The notes: a model not told the origin generated them from the letters alone. A stretch of 64,000 nt of DNA from Longimicrobiales bacterium (GCA_965202985.1 CBDBCF010000001.1:2855940-2919939), one strand, 5' to 3'; shown: positions 54,443 to 64,000, counted from the stretch's first letter. Program-made: numbers and translations.

Positions 54443-54931
54443 GTGGCCGGCTTGATTCGAACCGCTGGACTCTGGGCCGTGCTGTTCGCCCTGTGGCTGC
54501 TGCTTTCGGGCCACTACGAGCCCCTCTTCGTCGCCTTCGGCGTCGGGACCTGCACGGTGGCCGTCCTGGTGGCGAAGCGGATGGGAACGCTGGACGCCGA
54601 ATCGGCCCCGTTCCACTTGGCAGGGCGGGCGGCGGCCTACCTGCCGTGGCTGGCCTGGGAGGTGCTGCGCTCGAACATCCTGGTGGCCCGCACCATCCTC
54701 TCGCGCCGGATGCCGATCGACCCCGCAATCGTCCACTTCCGCTCGTCGCAGAAGACGGACTTGGGCCGCTTCGTCTACGCCAACTCCATCACCTTGACTC
54801 CCGGCACGGTGACGACGGGCGTCGTCGGCGACGACCTCGAGGTCCACGCCCTCTCCCAAGCGCACGTCGACGGCTCCGAGGAGAACGACATGAATCGGCG
54901 CGTGTCCGCGCTCGAGCAGGGCAGGGGCTGA
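54443..54931 (+). CDS. mrpE: Na+/H+ antiporter subunit E
   Basis: WLLLSG, ANSITLTPGTVT, VHAL. Confidence 0.9.
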   Translation: MAGLIRTAGLWAVLFALWLLLSGHYEPLFVAFGVGTCTVAVLVAKRMGTLDAESAPFHLAGRAAAYLPWLAWEVLRSNILVARTILSRRMPIDPAIVHFRSSQKTDLGRFVYANSITLTPGTVTTGVVGDDLEVHALSQAHVDGSEENDMNRRVSALEQGRG

Positions 54932-54938
54932 CCGGGGC

Positions 54939-55268
54939 GTGTTCGCGGCGGTTGCGGCGGCTCTGCTTGCCGCCATGATCATGGTCATGTGCCGGGCGCT
55001 GCTGGGGCCGACGGCCTTCGACCGGGTGCTGGCGCTGAACAACCTGGGCACCAAGACGGTCGTGCTCATCGCGGTCCTGGGCTTCCTTTCGGGCCGGCCG
55101 GACTTCCTCGACCTGGCCCTGGCCTACGCCCTCATCAACTTCATCGGCACCGTCGCCGTCCTGAAGTACTTCGAGTTCGGCGACCTGGGCGCGGGCGTTC
55201 GCCGGCCCCGCGTCGGGACCGCTGCCCCCGAACCGCCGACCGCCGTCACCGGGCAAGCGGCGGAATGA
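54939..55268 (+). CDS. mrpF: Na+/H+ antiporter subunit F
   Basis: GPTAFDRVLA, DLALAYALINFIGT. Confidence 0.9.
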   Translation: MFAAVAAALLAAMIMVMCRALLGPTAFDRVLALNNLGTKTVVLIAVLGFLSGRPDFLDLALAYALINFIGTVAVLKYFEFGDLGAGVRRPRVGTAAPEPPTAVTGQAAE

Positions 55269-55627
55269 CGGCCTTCTTGTTGGACGCCTTGTCCTGGCTC
55301 TTGCTGGGCCTGGGGGTATTCTTCACCCTTGTCGGCGCCTTGGGAATGCTGCGCCTGCCGGACGTCTTCGCCCGAATGCACGCCGCCGGCATGACAGACA
55401 CCATGGGTGCCGCCCTGATCCTTGTCGGCCTCTGCTTTCAAGCCGGCGACGCGGCCGTGGTCGCGCGACTGCTCCTGGTCGTGGCGTTCCTCTGGTTCAC
55501 CGGCCCCATCTCCACCCATGCGGTGGCGCGGGCCGCGCTCGAAACGGGCGTTCGACCGCTCACGGGAACGGCTGCGCGACCCGGGCGCTCCCAAGCCCTT
55601 GAAGGAGGCCCGGCATCGAGACCGTAA
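55265..55627 (+). CDS. mrpG: Na+/H+ antiporter subunit G
   Basis: GMLRLPDVFARMHAAG, PISTHA. Confidence 0.9.
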   Translation: MTAFLLDALSWLLLGLGVFFTLVGALGMLRLPDVFARMHAAGMTDTMGAALILVGLCFQAGDAAVVARLLLVVAFLWFTGPISTHAVARAALETGVRPLTGTAARPGRSQALEGGPASRP

Positions 55628-56181
55628 CCGACATCGTTCTGCTCACGCTGCTGGCGGCGGCGGCCCTGGCGCTCCTCAAGATCCGCAACCTCTTCGCCGT
55701 GGTGATGTTGGCGGGCATCTACTCGCTGCTCTCCGCCGGGCTCTTCACCGTTATGGACGCGGTGGACGTGGCCTTCACCGAAGCCGCGGTCGGAGCGGGG
55801 ATCTCCACCGTGCTCTTCTTGGGCGCGCTGGCGCTGACGGGCCGCGAAGAGAAGAAGCCCGCGCGCGGAGGCCGCCGCGTCGTCGCGCTCGCGGTGGTGA
55901 CCGTCACAGGGGCCGCGCTGATCTACGGCACCTGGGACATGCCGCCCTACGGCGACGCCGCGAACCCGGTCCACCACCATGTCGCCGATCACTATCTGGA
56001 AGAGACCAGCCACGAGATCGGCATACCCAACGTGGTGACCGCGGTGCTCGCCTCCTATCGGGGCTACGACACCATGGGCGAGGTCACGGTGGTGTTTGCG
56101 GCGGCCGTGGCCGTGCTGCTCCTGCTGTCGGGCGCGGCGCCCGCCTCCCGCCCAGGTGCGGTGCCCGCCTCCCGCCCATGA
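55615..56181 (+). CDS. Mrp antiporter DUF4040/MnhB-like subunit; apparent ATC start
   Basis: DAVDVAFTEAAVGAGIST, PNVVTAVLASYRGYDTMGE. Confidence 0.85.
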   Translation: METVTDIVLLTLLAAAALALLKIRNLFAVVMLAGIYSLLSAGLFTVMDAVDVAFTEAAVGAGISTVLFLGALALTGREEKKPARGGRRVVALAVVTVTGAALIYGTWDMPPYGDAANPVHHHVADHYLEETSHEIGIPNVVTAVLASYRGYDTMGEVTVVFAAAVAVLLLLSGAAPASRPGAVPASRP

Positions 56182-56612
56182 GGGAAGAGTTCATCCTGCG
56201 CGTGGGCGCCAAGGTGCTGGCGCCGTTCATCGCGACCTTCGCCCTGTACGTCCACTTCCACGGCGACTACAGCCCCGGCGGCGGCTTCCAGGCGGGCGTG
56301 ATCCTGGCCGCCACCTTCGTCCTCCTGACGCTGGTTTACGGCTTGGACGCGGTGCAGCGCGTGCTCCCGCCCTGGTTCGTGCAGGGCTGCGCGGCGCTGG
56401 GCGTGCTCGTCTACGCTGGCACCGGCTTGGTCGCGATGGCGCTCGGCGGGAACTACCTGAGCTACGGCGCATTGGCCCACGACCCCAAGCACGGGCAGCA
56501 CTACGGCATCCTCTTGGTGGAGGCCGGCGTCCTGATCACGGTGTTCGGCGTCATGGTCGCGATCTTCTACCTGTTCGCCGGGCGCGCCGGCAAGGAGCCC
56601 GCGAAGTCGTGA
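56178..56612 (+). CDS. mrpB: Na+/H+ antiporter subunit B
   Basis: HGDYSPGGGFQAGV. Confidence 0.9.
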   Translation: MREEFILRVGAKVLAPFIATFALYVHFHGDYSPGGGFQAGVILAATFVLLTLVYGLDAVQRVLPPWFVQGCAALGVLVYAGTGLVAMALGGNYLSYGALAHDPKHGQHYGILLVEAGVLITVFGVMVAIFYLFAGRAGKEPAKS

Positions 56613-57025
56613 GCCGCCTCGTCTCCCAGGTCGTCGCCGACTACAACTACTGGATCGTCGTCGTCCTGATGATGATCGGCTTCTACATCCTTATTTCTCG
56701 CGGTAATATCATCAAGAAACTCGTTGGTCTGAACGTATTTCAGACGTCCGTGTTCATGCTTTACATTAGCCTCGGCAAGATCTCCGGGGGCACGGCCCCG
56801 ATCCTTCTCTCCGGCGGCCACGGGGCCGCCGCCGAACACAGCGCGTCGAGCGGGCAAGTGGTCTACTCCAACCCGCTGCCCCACGTGCTGATCCTCACGG
56901 CGATCGTGGTGGGGATCGCGACGACCTCGGTGGGCCTAGCCCTGGCCGTGCGCATCAAGGAAGCCTACGGGACCGTGGAAGAGGACGAGATCAACGAGGT
57001 CGAAGCCGCCATGGACGGTCCGTGA
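56609..57025 (+). CDS. mrpC: Na+/H+ antiporter subunit C
   Basis: NIIKKLVGL, NPLPHVLILTAIVVG. Confidence 0.9.
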   Translation: MSRLVSQVVADYNYWIVVVLMMIGFYILISRGNIIKKLVGLNVFQTSVFMLYISLGKISGGTAPILLSGGHGAAAEHSASSGQVVYSNPLPHVLILTAIVVGIATTSVGLALAVRIKEAYGTVEEDEINEVEAAMDGP

Positions 57026-58509
57026 CCGAGCACGTTCCGATCCTCCAGGTGGTGGCGCCGCTGGTCCTGGCGCCCGTCTGCGCCCTCCTGCGAAACGCCA
57101 AGCTGGCGTGGGCCGTCGCGTTCGCCGGCAGCTTGGCGGCGCTTGCGGCCGCGCTCTTCAACCTGTCGACGGCAATGGCGATCGCGCCCGCCGCGACGTC
57201 GTACGCCATCGGCGACTGGCCGCCGCCCTTCGGAATCGAGTACCGGATCGACGTGGTCAACGCCTGGGTGCTGCTGGTGGTCTCGACGATCGCCGCGGTC
57301 GCGTCCGTCTTCGCTCGCACCAGCGTGGCGCACGAGGTCGAGGCCCGTCGCGTGCCCCTCTTCTACGCCGCCTACCTGCTCTGCCTGGCGGGGCTTCTGG
57401 GGATCGCGGCCACCGGCGACGTCTTCAACGTTTTCGTCTTCCTCGAGATATCGTCGCTCTCCGCCTACGCCCTCATCTCGCTGGGACGCGACCGCCGCGC
57501 CCTGACTTCCGCGTTCCGCTACCTGATCATGGGGTCGGTGGGCGCCACCTTCGTCGTCATCGGCATCGGTCTCTTGTACGCCATGACGGGCACCTTGAAC
57601 ATGGCGGACCTGGCCCAGCTGCTTCCCGGCGTGTGGCACACCAACACCGTCAAGGTGGCCTACGGCTTCCTGGCGGTCGGCTTCTGCCTGAAGCTGGCCC
57701 TGTTCCCCCTCCACCTCTGGCTGCCCAACGCCTACACCTTCGCTCCCTCGACGGTCACGGCCTTCATGGCGGCCACGGCCACCAAGGTGGCGGTCTACAT
57801 GCTGCTGCGGTTCTTCCTGACCGTGTTCGGCGCGGCGTTCTCGTTCGAGATCATGGGGCTGGACCGAGTCCTGCTGGCGCTGGCCGTGGCGGCGATCTTG
57901 AGCATGTCGCTGGTGGCGATCTTCCAGACGAACGTGAAGCGACTGCTCGCCTATTCGTCCGTCGCGCAGATCGGCTACATGATCCTGGGACTCTGCCTGG
58001 CGTCGGTGACGGGCCTGACCGCGACCCTGCTGCACCTGTTCAACCACGCCCTCATGAAGGGCGCCCTCTTCATGGCGCTGGGCTGCGTGGCCTACCGGAT
58101 CGGATCGGTGCACGTCGACGCCATGGCCGGCCTGGGCAGGCGGATGCCCTGGACGATGGCGGCGTTCGTGGCGGGAGGCCTGAGCCTGGTGGGCGTTCCC
58201 CTGACGGTGGGCTTCGTCAGCAAGTGGTACTTGGTGCTGGGCGCCCTGGAGCGCGGCTGGTGGCCCGTGGCCGCGCTGATCCTGGTCGCTTCCGTCATGG
58301 CTCTGGTCTACGTCTGGAAGGTGGTCGAGTCCGCCTACTTCCGCGAAGCTCCCGACAACGGCGACAAGCCCCCGACCGAGGCGCCGCTGGGGCTCCTGGC
58401 GCCCACCTGGACGCTCGTGTTCCTGAACCTGTACTTCGGCATCGACGCCGGACGCACGGCCGCCGTGGCCGAGCGCGCCGCGCAAGTCTTGCTGGGGACG
58501 GCGCCATGA
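57022..58509 (+). CDS. mrpD: Na+/H+ antiporter subunit D family
   Basis: DVFNVFVFLEI, KLALFPLHLWLPNAY, KRLLAYSS. Confidence 0.9.
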   Translation: MTEHVPILQVVAPLVLAPVCALLRNAKLAWAVAFAGSLAALAAALFNLSTAMAIAPAATSYAIGDWPPPFGIEYRIDVVNAWVLLVVSTIAAVASVFARTSVAHEVEARRVPLFYAAYLLCLAGLLGIAATGDVFNVFVFLEISSLSAYALISLGRDRRALTSAFRYLIMGSVGATFVVIGIGLLYAMTGTLNMADLAQLLPGVWHTNTVKVAYGFLAVGFCLKLALFPLHLWLPNAYTFAPSTVTAFMAATATKVAVYMLLRFFLTVFGAAFSFEIMGLDRVLLALAVAAILSMSLVAIFQTNVKRLLAYSSVAQIGYMILGLCLASVTGLTATLLHLFNHALMKGALFMALGCVAYRIGSVHVDAMAGLGRRMPWTMAAFVAGGLSLVGVPLTVGFVSKWYLVLGALERGWWPVAALILVASVMALVYVWKVVESAYFREAPDNGDKPPTEAPLGLLAPTWTLVFLNLYFGIDAGRTAAVAERAAQVLLGTAP

Positions 58510-59951
58510 TTCTCGCGCTCGTCGTGCCCTCGGCGGCCGCGTTGCTCGTGATCGCCTTCCGGTCCCGGCCCAACGCGCGCGAGGCCGCCAGCTTGGCCGC
58601 CGGCGTCGTCCTCTTCGCCGTGGTTCTCCAGGTCTACCGGGACGTGACCGGCGGCGCGCGCCCCGAAGTGGTGTTGGCGGAGCCGTTCCCGGGCATCCCC
58701 CTGGCGCTGGAGGCCGAGCCGCTGGGGGTGCTCTTCGCCTTGGTGGCGTCGTTCCTGTGGATCGTCACCACGCTGTACTCCATCGGCTACATGCGGGGTC
58801 ACCACGAAAAGAACCAGACGCGCTTCTACGCCTTCTTCGCCTACGCCATCGCGTCGGTCATGGGCGTGGCCTTCGCCGCCAACCTCTTCACCCTGTTCGT
58901 GTTCTACGAGATCCTGTCGCTGGCCACCTTCCCGCTGGTGACCCACGCCGGCACCGAGGCCGCCAAGCGCGCCGGTCGCGTCTACCTGGGCATCCTGTTC
59001 TCCACGTCGATCGTCTTCCAGCTGCTGGCGATCGTTTGGACCTACCACCTGGCGGGCACGCTGGACTTCCGGGACGGGGGCATCTTGGAGGGGCGGGCCG
59101 CCGCCGCCGTGGTTCCCGTGCTGCTGGGCCTCTTCGTCTTCGGGATCGGCAAGGCCGCGGTCATGCCCTTCCATCGCTGGTTGCCCGCCGCCATGGTCGC
59201 GCCCACCCCGGTCAGCGCCCTGCTGCACGCGGTGGCCGTGGTCAAGGCCGGCGTCTTCGCCGTGCTCAAGATCACCGTGTACGTGTTCGGCATCGACTTC
59301 GTGGCCGCCACGGGGGCCTCGGTGTGGCTGATGTGGGTCGCCGCCGCCACGATCATCCTGGGTTCGCTGGTTGCGTTCACCAAGGACAACCTGAAGGCCC
59401 GTCTGGCCTATTCCACGGTGAGCCAGCTGTCCTACGTGGTGCTGGGGGCCATGCTGGCCAACCACTTGGGCGTCGTGGGCGGGGGAATGCACATCGCCAT
59501 GCACGCCTTCGGCAAGATCACTCTGTTCTTCTGCGCGGGCGCCGTCATGGTGGCGGCCCACAAGACCGAGGTAAGCCAGCTGGGGGGGCTGGGGCGCACC
59601 ATGCCCGTGACCTTCGCGGCCTTCTTCGTGGGCACGCTCTCGATCGTGGGGCTTCCGCCGGCGGGGGGCTCGTGGAGCAAGTGGTTTCTGGGGCTGGGCT
59701 CTCTGGAAGCGGGCCAAGCCGGGCTTGTTGCGGTGCTCATGATCAGCTCGCTCTTGTCGCTGGCGTACCTCATGGAGATTCCCTTGAAGGGCTTCTTCGG
59801 CAAGCGGACTTCGCCGCCGGAGCGCGCCGGCGTGCACGAAGCGCCTACGCCTTCCCTGATCGCCATCGCGACGACCGCCGTCGCGTGCCTCCTCCTGTTC
59901 GCCCACCCGGACCCGCTCTACCGGCTGGTGGCCCTGGTGACGGGACCGTGA
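58506..59951 (+). CDS. Na+/H+ antiporter subunit D family (second)
   Basis: KAAVMPFHRWLPAAMVAPTPVSALLHAVAVVK, LKARLAYST. Confidence 0.9.
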   Translation: MILALVVPSAAALLVIAFRSRPNAREAASLAAGVVLFAVVLQVYRDVTGGARPEVVLAEPFPGIPLALEAEPLGVLFALVASFLWIVTTLYSIGYMRGHHEKNQTRFYAFFAYAIASVMGVAFAANLFTLFVFYEILSLATFPLVTHAGTEAAKRAGRVYLGILFSTSIVFQLLAIVWTYHLAGTLDFRDGGILEGRAAAAVVPVLLGLFVFGIGKAAVMPFHRWLPAAMVAPTPVSALLHAVAVVKAGVFAVLKITVYVFGIDFVAATGASVWLMWVAAATIILGSLVAFTKDNLKARLAYSTVSQLSYVVLGAMLANHLGVVGGGMHIAMHAFGKITLFFCAGAVMVAAHKTEVSQLGGLGRTMPVTFAAFFVGTLSIVGLPPAGGSWSKWFLGLGSLEAGQAGLVAVLMISSLLSLAYLMEIPLKGFFGKRTSPPERAGVHEAPTPSLIAIATTAVACLLLFAHPDPLYRLVALVTGP

Positions 59952-60295
59952 GCACGCGCGGCCCCGAAGTGAACGCCCCCGGTCCGCAGGCGAACGCCGA
60001 CTCGCGAGCGAACGCCCGGAGTCCGGAAGCCGCCGCCCATGCCCCCGATGCCCATGGGCGCAACAGCGTCCCCGCGCCCTGGGCCAAGTTCTGGCTGGGC
60101 GTGCTCTTCGGCGGCGGCGGCGTCGTGGCGCTCCTGGACCTGTTGCGGGACCGGGCCCACGCCGACCACCCGTGGGAGCACGGGCTGTTCTTCTACGCCT
60201 TGTACGGCTTCGTGGGGATATCCCTCCTGATCGTGCTGTCGAAGGGTCTGCGCCGCCTGGTCATGCGCCGAGAGGACTACTATGACGACGCCTAG
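59948..60295 (+). CDS. Small 2-TM protein of Mrp operons
   Basis: FYALYGFVG...MRREDYYD. Confidence 0.75.
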   Translation: MSTRGPEVNAPGPQANADSRANARSPEAAAHAPDAHGRNSVPAPWAKFWLGVLFGGGGVVALLDLLRDRAHADHPWEHGLFFYALYGFVGISLLIVLSKGLRRLVMRREDYYDDA

Positions 60296-60382
60296 CCGCC
60301 ACGCGCAGACGGAAGCCGGAGCCGCGCGCCGGCGCGCCCAGGCGGTCGGGCCGAGCGTCCCGCCGCCGCACCGAGCAGCCTG

Positions 60383-62089
60383 ATGTCGTTCTCCGGCGTC
60401 CCCCCGTTCCTGGTCTTCTTCGTCGGCGCGCTGCTGACGCCCTTCGTTCGGGGAACGGCCCGCAAGAGCCTGTTGCTGCTGATCCCCGTGGCGGGCGCCG
60501 TCAACGTCTGGGGCCTGCCGGACGGCTACGTCCTTGGCTACGACTTTCTGGGCTATGCGCTCGCGCCCGTGCGCGCCGACCGACTCAGCCTCCTGTTCGG
60601 CTATCTGTTTCACTTGGCCGCCTTCATCGCCGTCACCTACTCGCTCCACCTGAAGAAGGAAGACGACGACACGGTCCAGCACACGGCGGGACTGGTCTAC
60701 GCGGGCAGCGCCTTGGGCGCGGTCTTCGCCGGCGACTTCGTGACGCTGTTCGTGTTCTGGGAGCTGCTGGCCGTCAGCTCCGTCTTCCTGATCTGGGCGC
60801 GACGGACCCCCGCCTCCCGCCGGGCCGGGATGCGCTACCTGCTGGTGCACGTGGTGTCGGGCGTGGCTCTTCTGGCCGGCGCCATGGTGCGGGTCCACGA
60901 GACGGGCAGCTTGGAGTTCAACCTGGTGGGGCTCGACGGTCCGGGCGGCTGGCTGATCTTCCTGGCGCTGGGCGTCAAGGCGGCGTTCCCGCTGGTCCAC
61001 AGCTGGCTGATCGACGCCTACCCGGAAGGGACGGCCACGGGCACGGTCTTCCTGAGCGTCTTCACGACCAAGGTGGCGGTCTACGCGCTGGCCCGGGCGT
61101 TCCCGGGCACGGAGGCGCTGGTCTACGTGGGCGCGGCCATGGCGTGCTTCCCGATCTTCTACGCCGTCATTGAGAACGACCTGCGGCGCACGCTGGCCTA
61201 CTCCATGATCAACCAGATCGGCTTCATGGTCTGCGGCATCGGGGTCGGCACCAGCTTGGCGGTCAACGGCGCCGTGGCGCACGCCTTCAACGATGTGCTC
61301 TTCAAGGGCCTTCTCTTCATGTCCATGGGCGCGGTCCTCCACATGACGGGCAAGACCAAGGCGTCCGAGCTGGGCGGGCTCTACAAGACGATGCGCTGGA
61401 CGGCCATGCTGTGCGTCGTGGGCGCGGCGTCGATCTCGGCCGTCCCCCTGTTCAACGGCTTCGTCTCCAAGTCCATGATCATGTCCGCGCTCATCTACGA
61501 GGGCTACGGCTGGGTTTGGCCGGTCATGCTCTTCGCGTCCGCAGGCGTGGTCGAGCACGCGGGCGTCAAGATCCCCTTCTTCGCCTTCTTCGCTCACGAC
61601 TCGGGAATCCGCACGCGCGAGCCTCCGTGGAACATGCTCACGGCGATGGCCGTCGCGGCCGCGGCGTGCGTGCTGATCGGCGTGTTCCCGGGCCTGCTCT
61701 ACGGCCTGCTCCCCTTCGACGTGGACTACAGCCCCTACGACTTCGGGCACGTCCTGACCCAGCTCCAGCTGCTGTTCTTCGCCGTTGCGGCGGTTGCGGT
61801 CTTCCAGCTGCGCAAGATCTACCCGGCCGAGATCCCGTCCGTGAACCTGGACGCCGATTGGGCTTACCGCCGAGCCGCGCCGCGCTTGGTCCGGAGCGTG
61901 GGAGCCGCCGTGTCGGCCGCGGACGCCGCCTTCCGACGCCGGGCCGTCCAAGCGGTGCGACGGGTGCTGGGGGGCGCGTTCCAGCTCCACGGGCCCTGGG
62001 GCGTACTGGGGCGCACGTGGCCGGCGGGGAGCATGGTGCTCTGGGTTGCGATCCTGTTGGCCGCGTTCCTCTTGCTCCAGTTCTTCTGA
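60383..62089 (+). CDS. Na+/H+ antiporter subunit D family (third)
   Basis: LFVFWE, HSWLIDAYPE, ENDLRRTLAYS, HAFNDVLFKGLLFM. Confidence 0.9.
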   Translation: MSFSGVPPFLVFFVGALLTPFVRGTARKSLLLLIPVAGAVNVWGLPDGYVLGYDFLGYALAPVRADRLSLLFGYLFHLAAFIAVTYSLHLKKEDDDTVQHTAGLVYAGSALGAVFAGDFVTLFVFWELLAVSSVFLIWARRTPASRRAGMRYLLVHVVSGVALLAGAMVRVHETGSLEFNLVGLDGPGGWLIFLALGVKAAFPLVHSWLIDAYPEGTATGTVFLSVFTTKVAVYALARAFPGTEALVYVGAAMACFPIFYAVIENDLRRTLAYSMINQIGFMVCGIGVGTSLAVNGAVAHAFNDVLFKGLLFMSMGAVLHMTGKTKASELGGLYKTMRWTAMLCVVGAASISAVPLFNGFVSKSMIMSALIYEGYGWVWPVMLFASAGVVEHAGVKIPFFAFFAHDSGIRTREPPWNMLTAMAVAAAACVLIGVFPGLLYGLLPFDVDYSPYDFGHVLTQLQLLFFAVAAVAVFQLRKIYPAEIPSVNLDADWAYRRAAPRLVRSVGAAVSAADAAFRRRAVQAVRRVLGGAFQLHGPWGVLGRTWPAGSMVLWVAILLAAFLLLQFF

Positions 62090-62090
62090 C

Positions 62091-63038
62091 GTGGCGCGTC
62101 TGAAGGTCGGCGTCTACGACCCGGGGTCGGCCACGGGTCCGCCCCTCGAAGGCGTCCTGCGCAGCTGGCCCTCGGCCGGCGCCGAGTTCCGAGCGCTGGG
62201 CCATGCCCCAACGGCGCCGCCGCGCGCCGGGGCGACCGCCGCCGACGAGTGGCTGGACGCGCTGGTCAACGGAGACGTGGACTTGGCGATCTGTCCGTTG
62301 GACGCCGTGCGCGCGACGCTGGACCACCAGGTCGAGGTTGTGGGCGTTCCCAGTCGTGGCGACCCCCGCGACGCCCTGCTGGGAGCCGCCGAAGTCTCGA
62401 CCGACCTTGGGTCCCTGCCGCCCGGAGCGGCGGTGGCCGTGCCGGACCTTCGGGCCGCGGGGCTGCTGGGCGCGCACCGTCGCGACTTGGCCGTGGTCCC
62501 CGCCGGAGATCTGGCGGACGACTTGGCCCAGGTCGACGCCGGCGGCCTGGACGCCGTGGTGACTTCCTTCCACCGGATCGCGGGCACCTCCCACGAGAAG
62601 CGGGCCGGCCAACTCTTCTCGCTGAGCGAGTGGGTTCCCGCACCGGGGCAGGGCGCTCTTGCCATCTTGGCGCGCCGGGACCGGGCCGTCACGCTGGAAC
62701 TGGGCGAGCACCTAGTCCAGCGCGAACGGTTGCGCGCCGTCCGCGCCGAGCTTGCCGCGGCCCGTCACCTGGGCCTGCCGCCGGGCTGCGGCCTGGGCGT
62801 CTTGGGGCTTCCGTTTCGGCGGGGGATTCGCCTACGGGGCATGGTGACCGGGGACGCGGGCCGGCAGGTCGTGCGCGCCGAAGCCACCGTTTGGGAAAAG
62901 GGTCCGACCGAGGCCGGCATCGCCCTTGCCCACGCATTGCGAAGACGAGGAGCGGAGCTCTGCGGCGGTCCCGCCGCGTGTCCCGCGGCCGCTTGGGAGC
63001 GCTCGTCGGTCCCGCCGACCGGCCCGTCTCGGACCTGA
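62091..63038 (+). CDS. Divergent hydroxymethylbilane synthase (HemC)-like protein
   Basis: RGDPRDALL, LPPGAAV, LDAVV, PAPGQGALAI; most catalytic motifs absent. Confidence 0.7.
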   Translation: MARLKVGVYDPGSATGPPLEGVLRSWPSAGAEFRALGHAPTAPPRAGATAADEWLDALVNGDVDLAICPLDAVRATLDHQVEVVGVPSRGDPRDALLGAAEVSTDLGSLPPGAAVAVPDLRAAGLLGAHRRDLAVVPAGDLADDLAQVDAGGLDAVVTSFHRIAGTSHEKRAGQLFSLSEWVPAPGQGALAILARRDRAVTLELGEHLVQRERLRAVRAELAAARHLGLPPGCGLGVLGLPFRRGIRLRGMVTGDAGRQVVRAEATVWEKGPTEAGIALAHALRRRGAELCGGPAACPAAAWERSSVPPTGPSRT

Positions 63039-63049
63039 CGCCCGCACCA

Positions 63050-63580
63050 ATGCACTCAGCTGGTCCGCCGCCGGCGCTCGCTCGTCCCCCGGCGCGCGCG
63101 CCTCGGTCGAAGGTGCTCTCGCATCGCCAAGCGGTCGAAGCGTTCGGTCCGGGCCGATCGTTCCGACTGGTCTTCACCAACGGCTGCTTCGACCTGCTGC
63201 ACCCGGGGCATGTGGAGTACCTGTCGCGCGCTCGCCAGAAGGGCGACGCCCTGCTCGTGGCCGTCAATACGGACGCCTCGGTGCGCCGTCTCGGCAAGGA
63301 CCGGGCCCGTCCCTACGTGGACCAGGACTCGCGCGCGCTCGTCGTGGCGGCGCTGGAGTTCGTCGACTGCGTGACCCTGTTCGACGAGGACACCCCGGCC
63401 GAGTTGATCGCCCAGCTCGAGCCCGACATGCTGGTGAAGGGCGGCGACTACGCGCCGGAAGCGATCGCGGGCGCCGACTTGGTGAAGGACCGCGGAGGCA
63501 CGGTGACGACAATCCCGCTGGTGGCCGGCCACTCGACCACCGCGCTGGCCCGCCGCATTCGCGCCTCGCGGACGCCGTGA
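63050..63580 (+). CDS. rfaE2: D-glycero-beta-D-manno-heptose 1-phosphate adenylyltransferase
   Basis: VFTNGCFDLLHPGH, NTDASVRRL, VKGGDY, STT. Confidence 0.92.
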   Translation: MHSAGPPPALARPPARAPRSKVLSHRQAVEAFGPGRSFRLVFTNGCFDLLHPGHVEYLSRARQKGDALLVAVNTDASVRRLGKDRARPYVDQDSRALVVAALEFVDCVTLFDEDTPAELIAQLEPDMLVKGGDYAPEAIAGADLVKDRGGTVTTIPLVAGHSTTALARRIRASRTP

Positions 63581-64000
63581 GCCCGCCGGCGTTCCTGCTG
63601 GCCACGCGAAACCCCGGCAAGGCCGCCGAGGCGATGCGCATCTTCGCTGCGGCCGACGGTCCCCGGCTGATCGCGCTCGCCGAGTCGGGGATCGCCGAGT
63701 CCGCCGAAGAGGACGAGTTGGAGCGCTTCGACACCTTCGAGGCGAACGCATCCGCCAAGGCGCGCTACTTCGCGCGACGCTCCGGCCTGCCGACGATCGC
63801 GGACGACTCGGGGCTGGAGGTGGATGTGCTGGGCGGTCGCCCCGGCGTGCGCAGCAAGCGCTTCGCGAGCAGAGCCGACTACCCGGGCCTGTCTCGGGGC
63901 CAAGCCAACAACCGGCACCTGCTGCGCTTGCTCGAAGGCGTTTCCGACCCCGAGCGCCGAGCCCGCTACGTGTGCGTGGCCGCCCTCGTCCGGCCCGCGG
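63577..64000 (+). CDS. rdgB: Non-canonical purine NTP pyrophosphatase (HAM1), runs off the window
   Basis: LATRNPGK, TFEANASAKA, ADDSGLEVDVLGGRPGVRSKRFA. Confidence 0.9.
   Translation, partial: MSPPAFLLATRNPGKAAEAMRIFAAADGPRLIALAESGIAESAEEDELERFDTFEANASAKARYFARRSGLPTIADDSGLEVDVLGGRPGVRSKRFASRADYPGLSRGQANNRHLLRLLEGVSDPERRARYVCVAALVRPA

Noticed and set aside
54443..62089. Mrp operon lacking mrpA with three mrpD-like genes
   Set aside because: Known variant architecture of Mrp antiporters

Overview
High-GC bacterial chromosome segment. The gene style (TonB/carboxypeptidase-regulatory proteins, six-bladed beta-propeller lipoproteins, Rpn genes, Mrp EFGBBCDDD) suggests Gemmatimonadota, but this is inference only. 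Housekeeping blocks: TolC/MacAB-type exporter, ECF sigma/anti-sigma/PDZ, thrC, pepP, MTHFR-like/yitJ/metH, deoC-aldehyde dehydrogenase, tRNA-Sec, lpxH, lptE, Mrp antiporter, hemC-like, rfaE2, rdgB. Three accessory regions interrupt them. (i) ~14.0-20.1 kb: a membrane-anchored Cys-rich peptide with two beta-propeller lipoproteins, an IS21 relic, an ECF sigma, and an Rpn nuclease followed by a duplicated copy of its C-terminal module. (ii) ~28.95-40.3 kb: an integrase-free defence island with a bacterial ubiquitin-like conjugation operon (multi-Ubl, Ser-type E2, JAB-E1 fusion, DUF6527-like) coupled to an ABC ATPase, a second Rpn, a type IIG-like R-M fusion, an ATPase-TOPRIM protein and a PD-(D/E)XK nuclease. 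(iii) ~45.6-50.6 kb: RCC1/Ig and Ig/metallopeptidase surface proteins after selC. The most notable non-annotated signals are a shared 52-bp upstream motif and internal SD+ATG starts in both Rpn genes, and a 54-bp copy of the R-M nuclease-motif region upstream of the Ubl operon. All product calls come from motif recognition by eye; no database searches were run.
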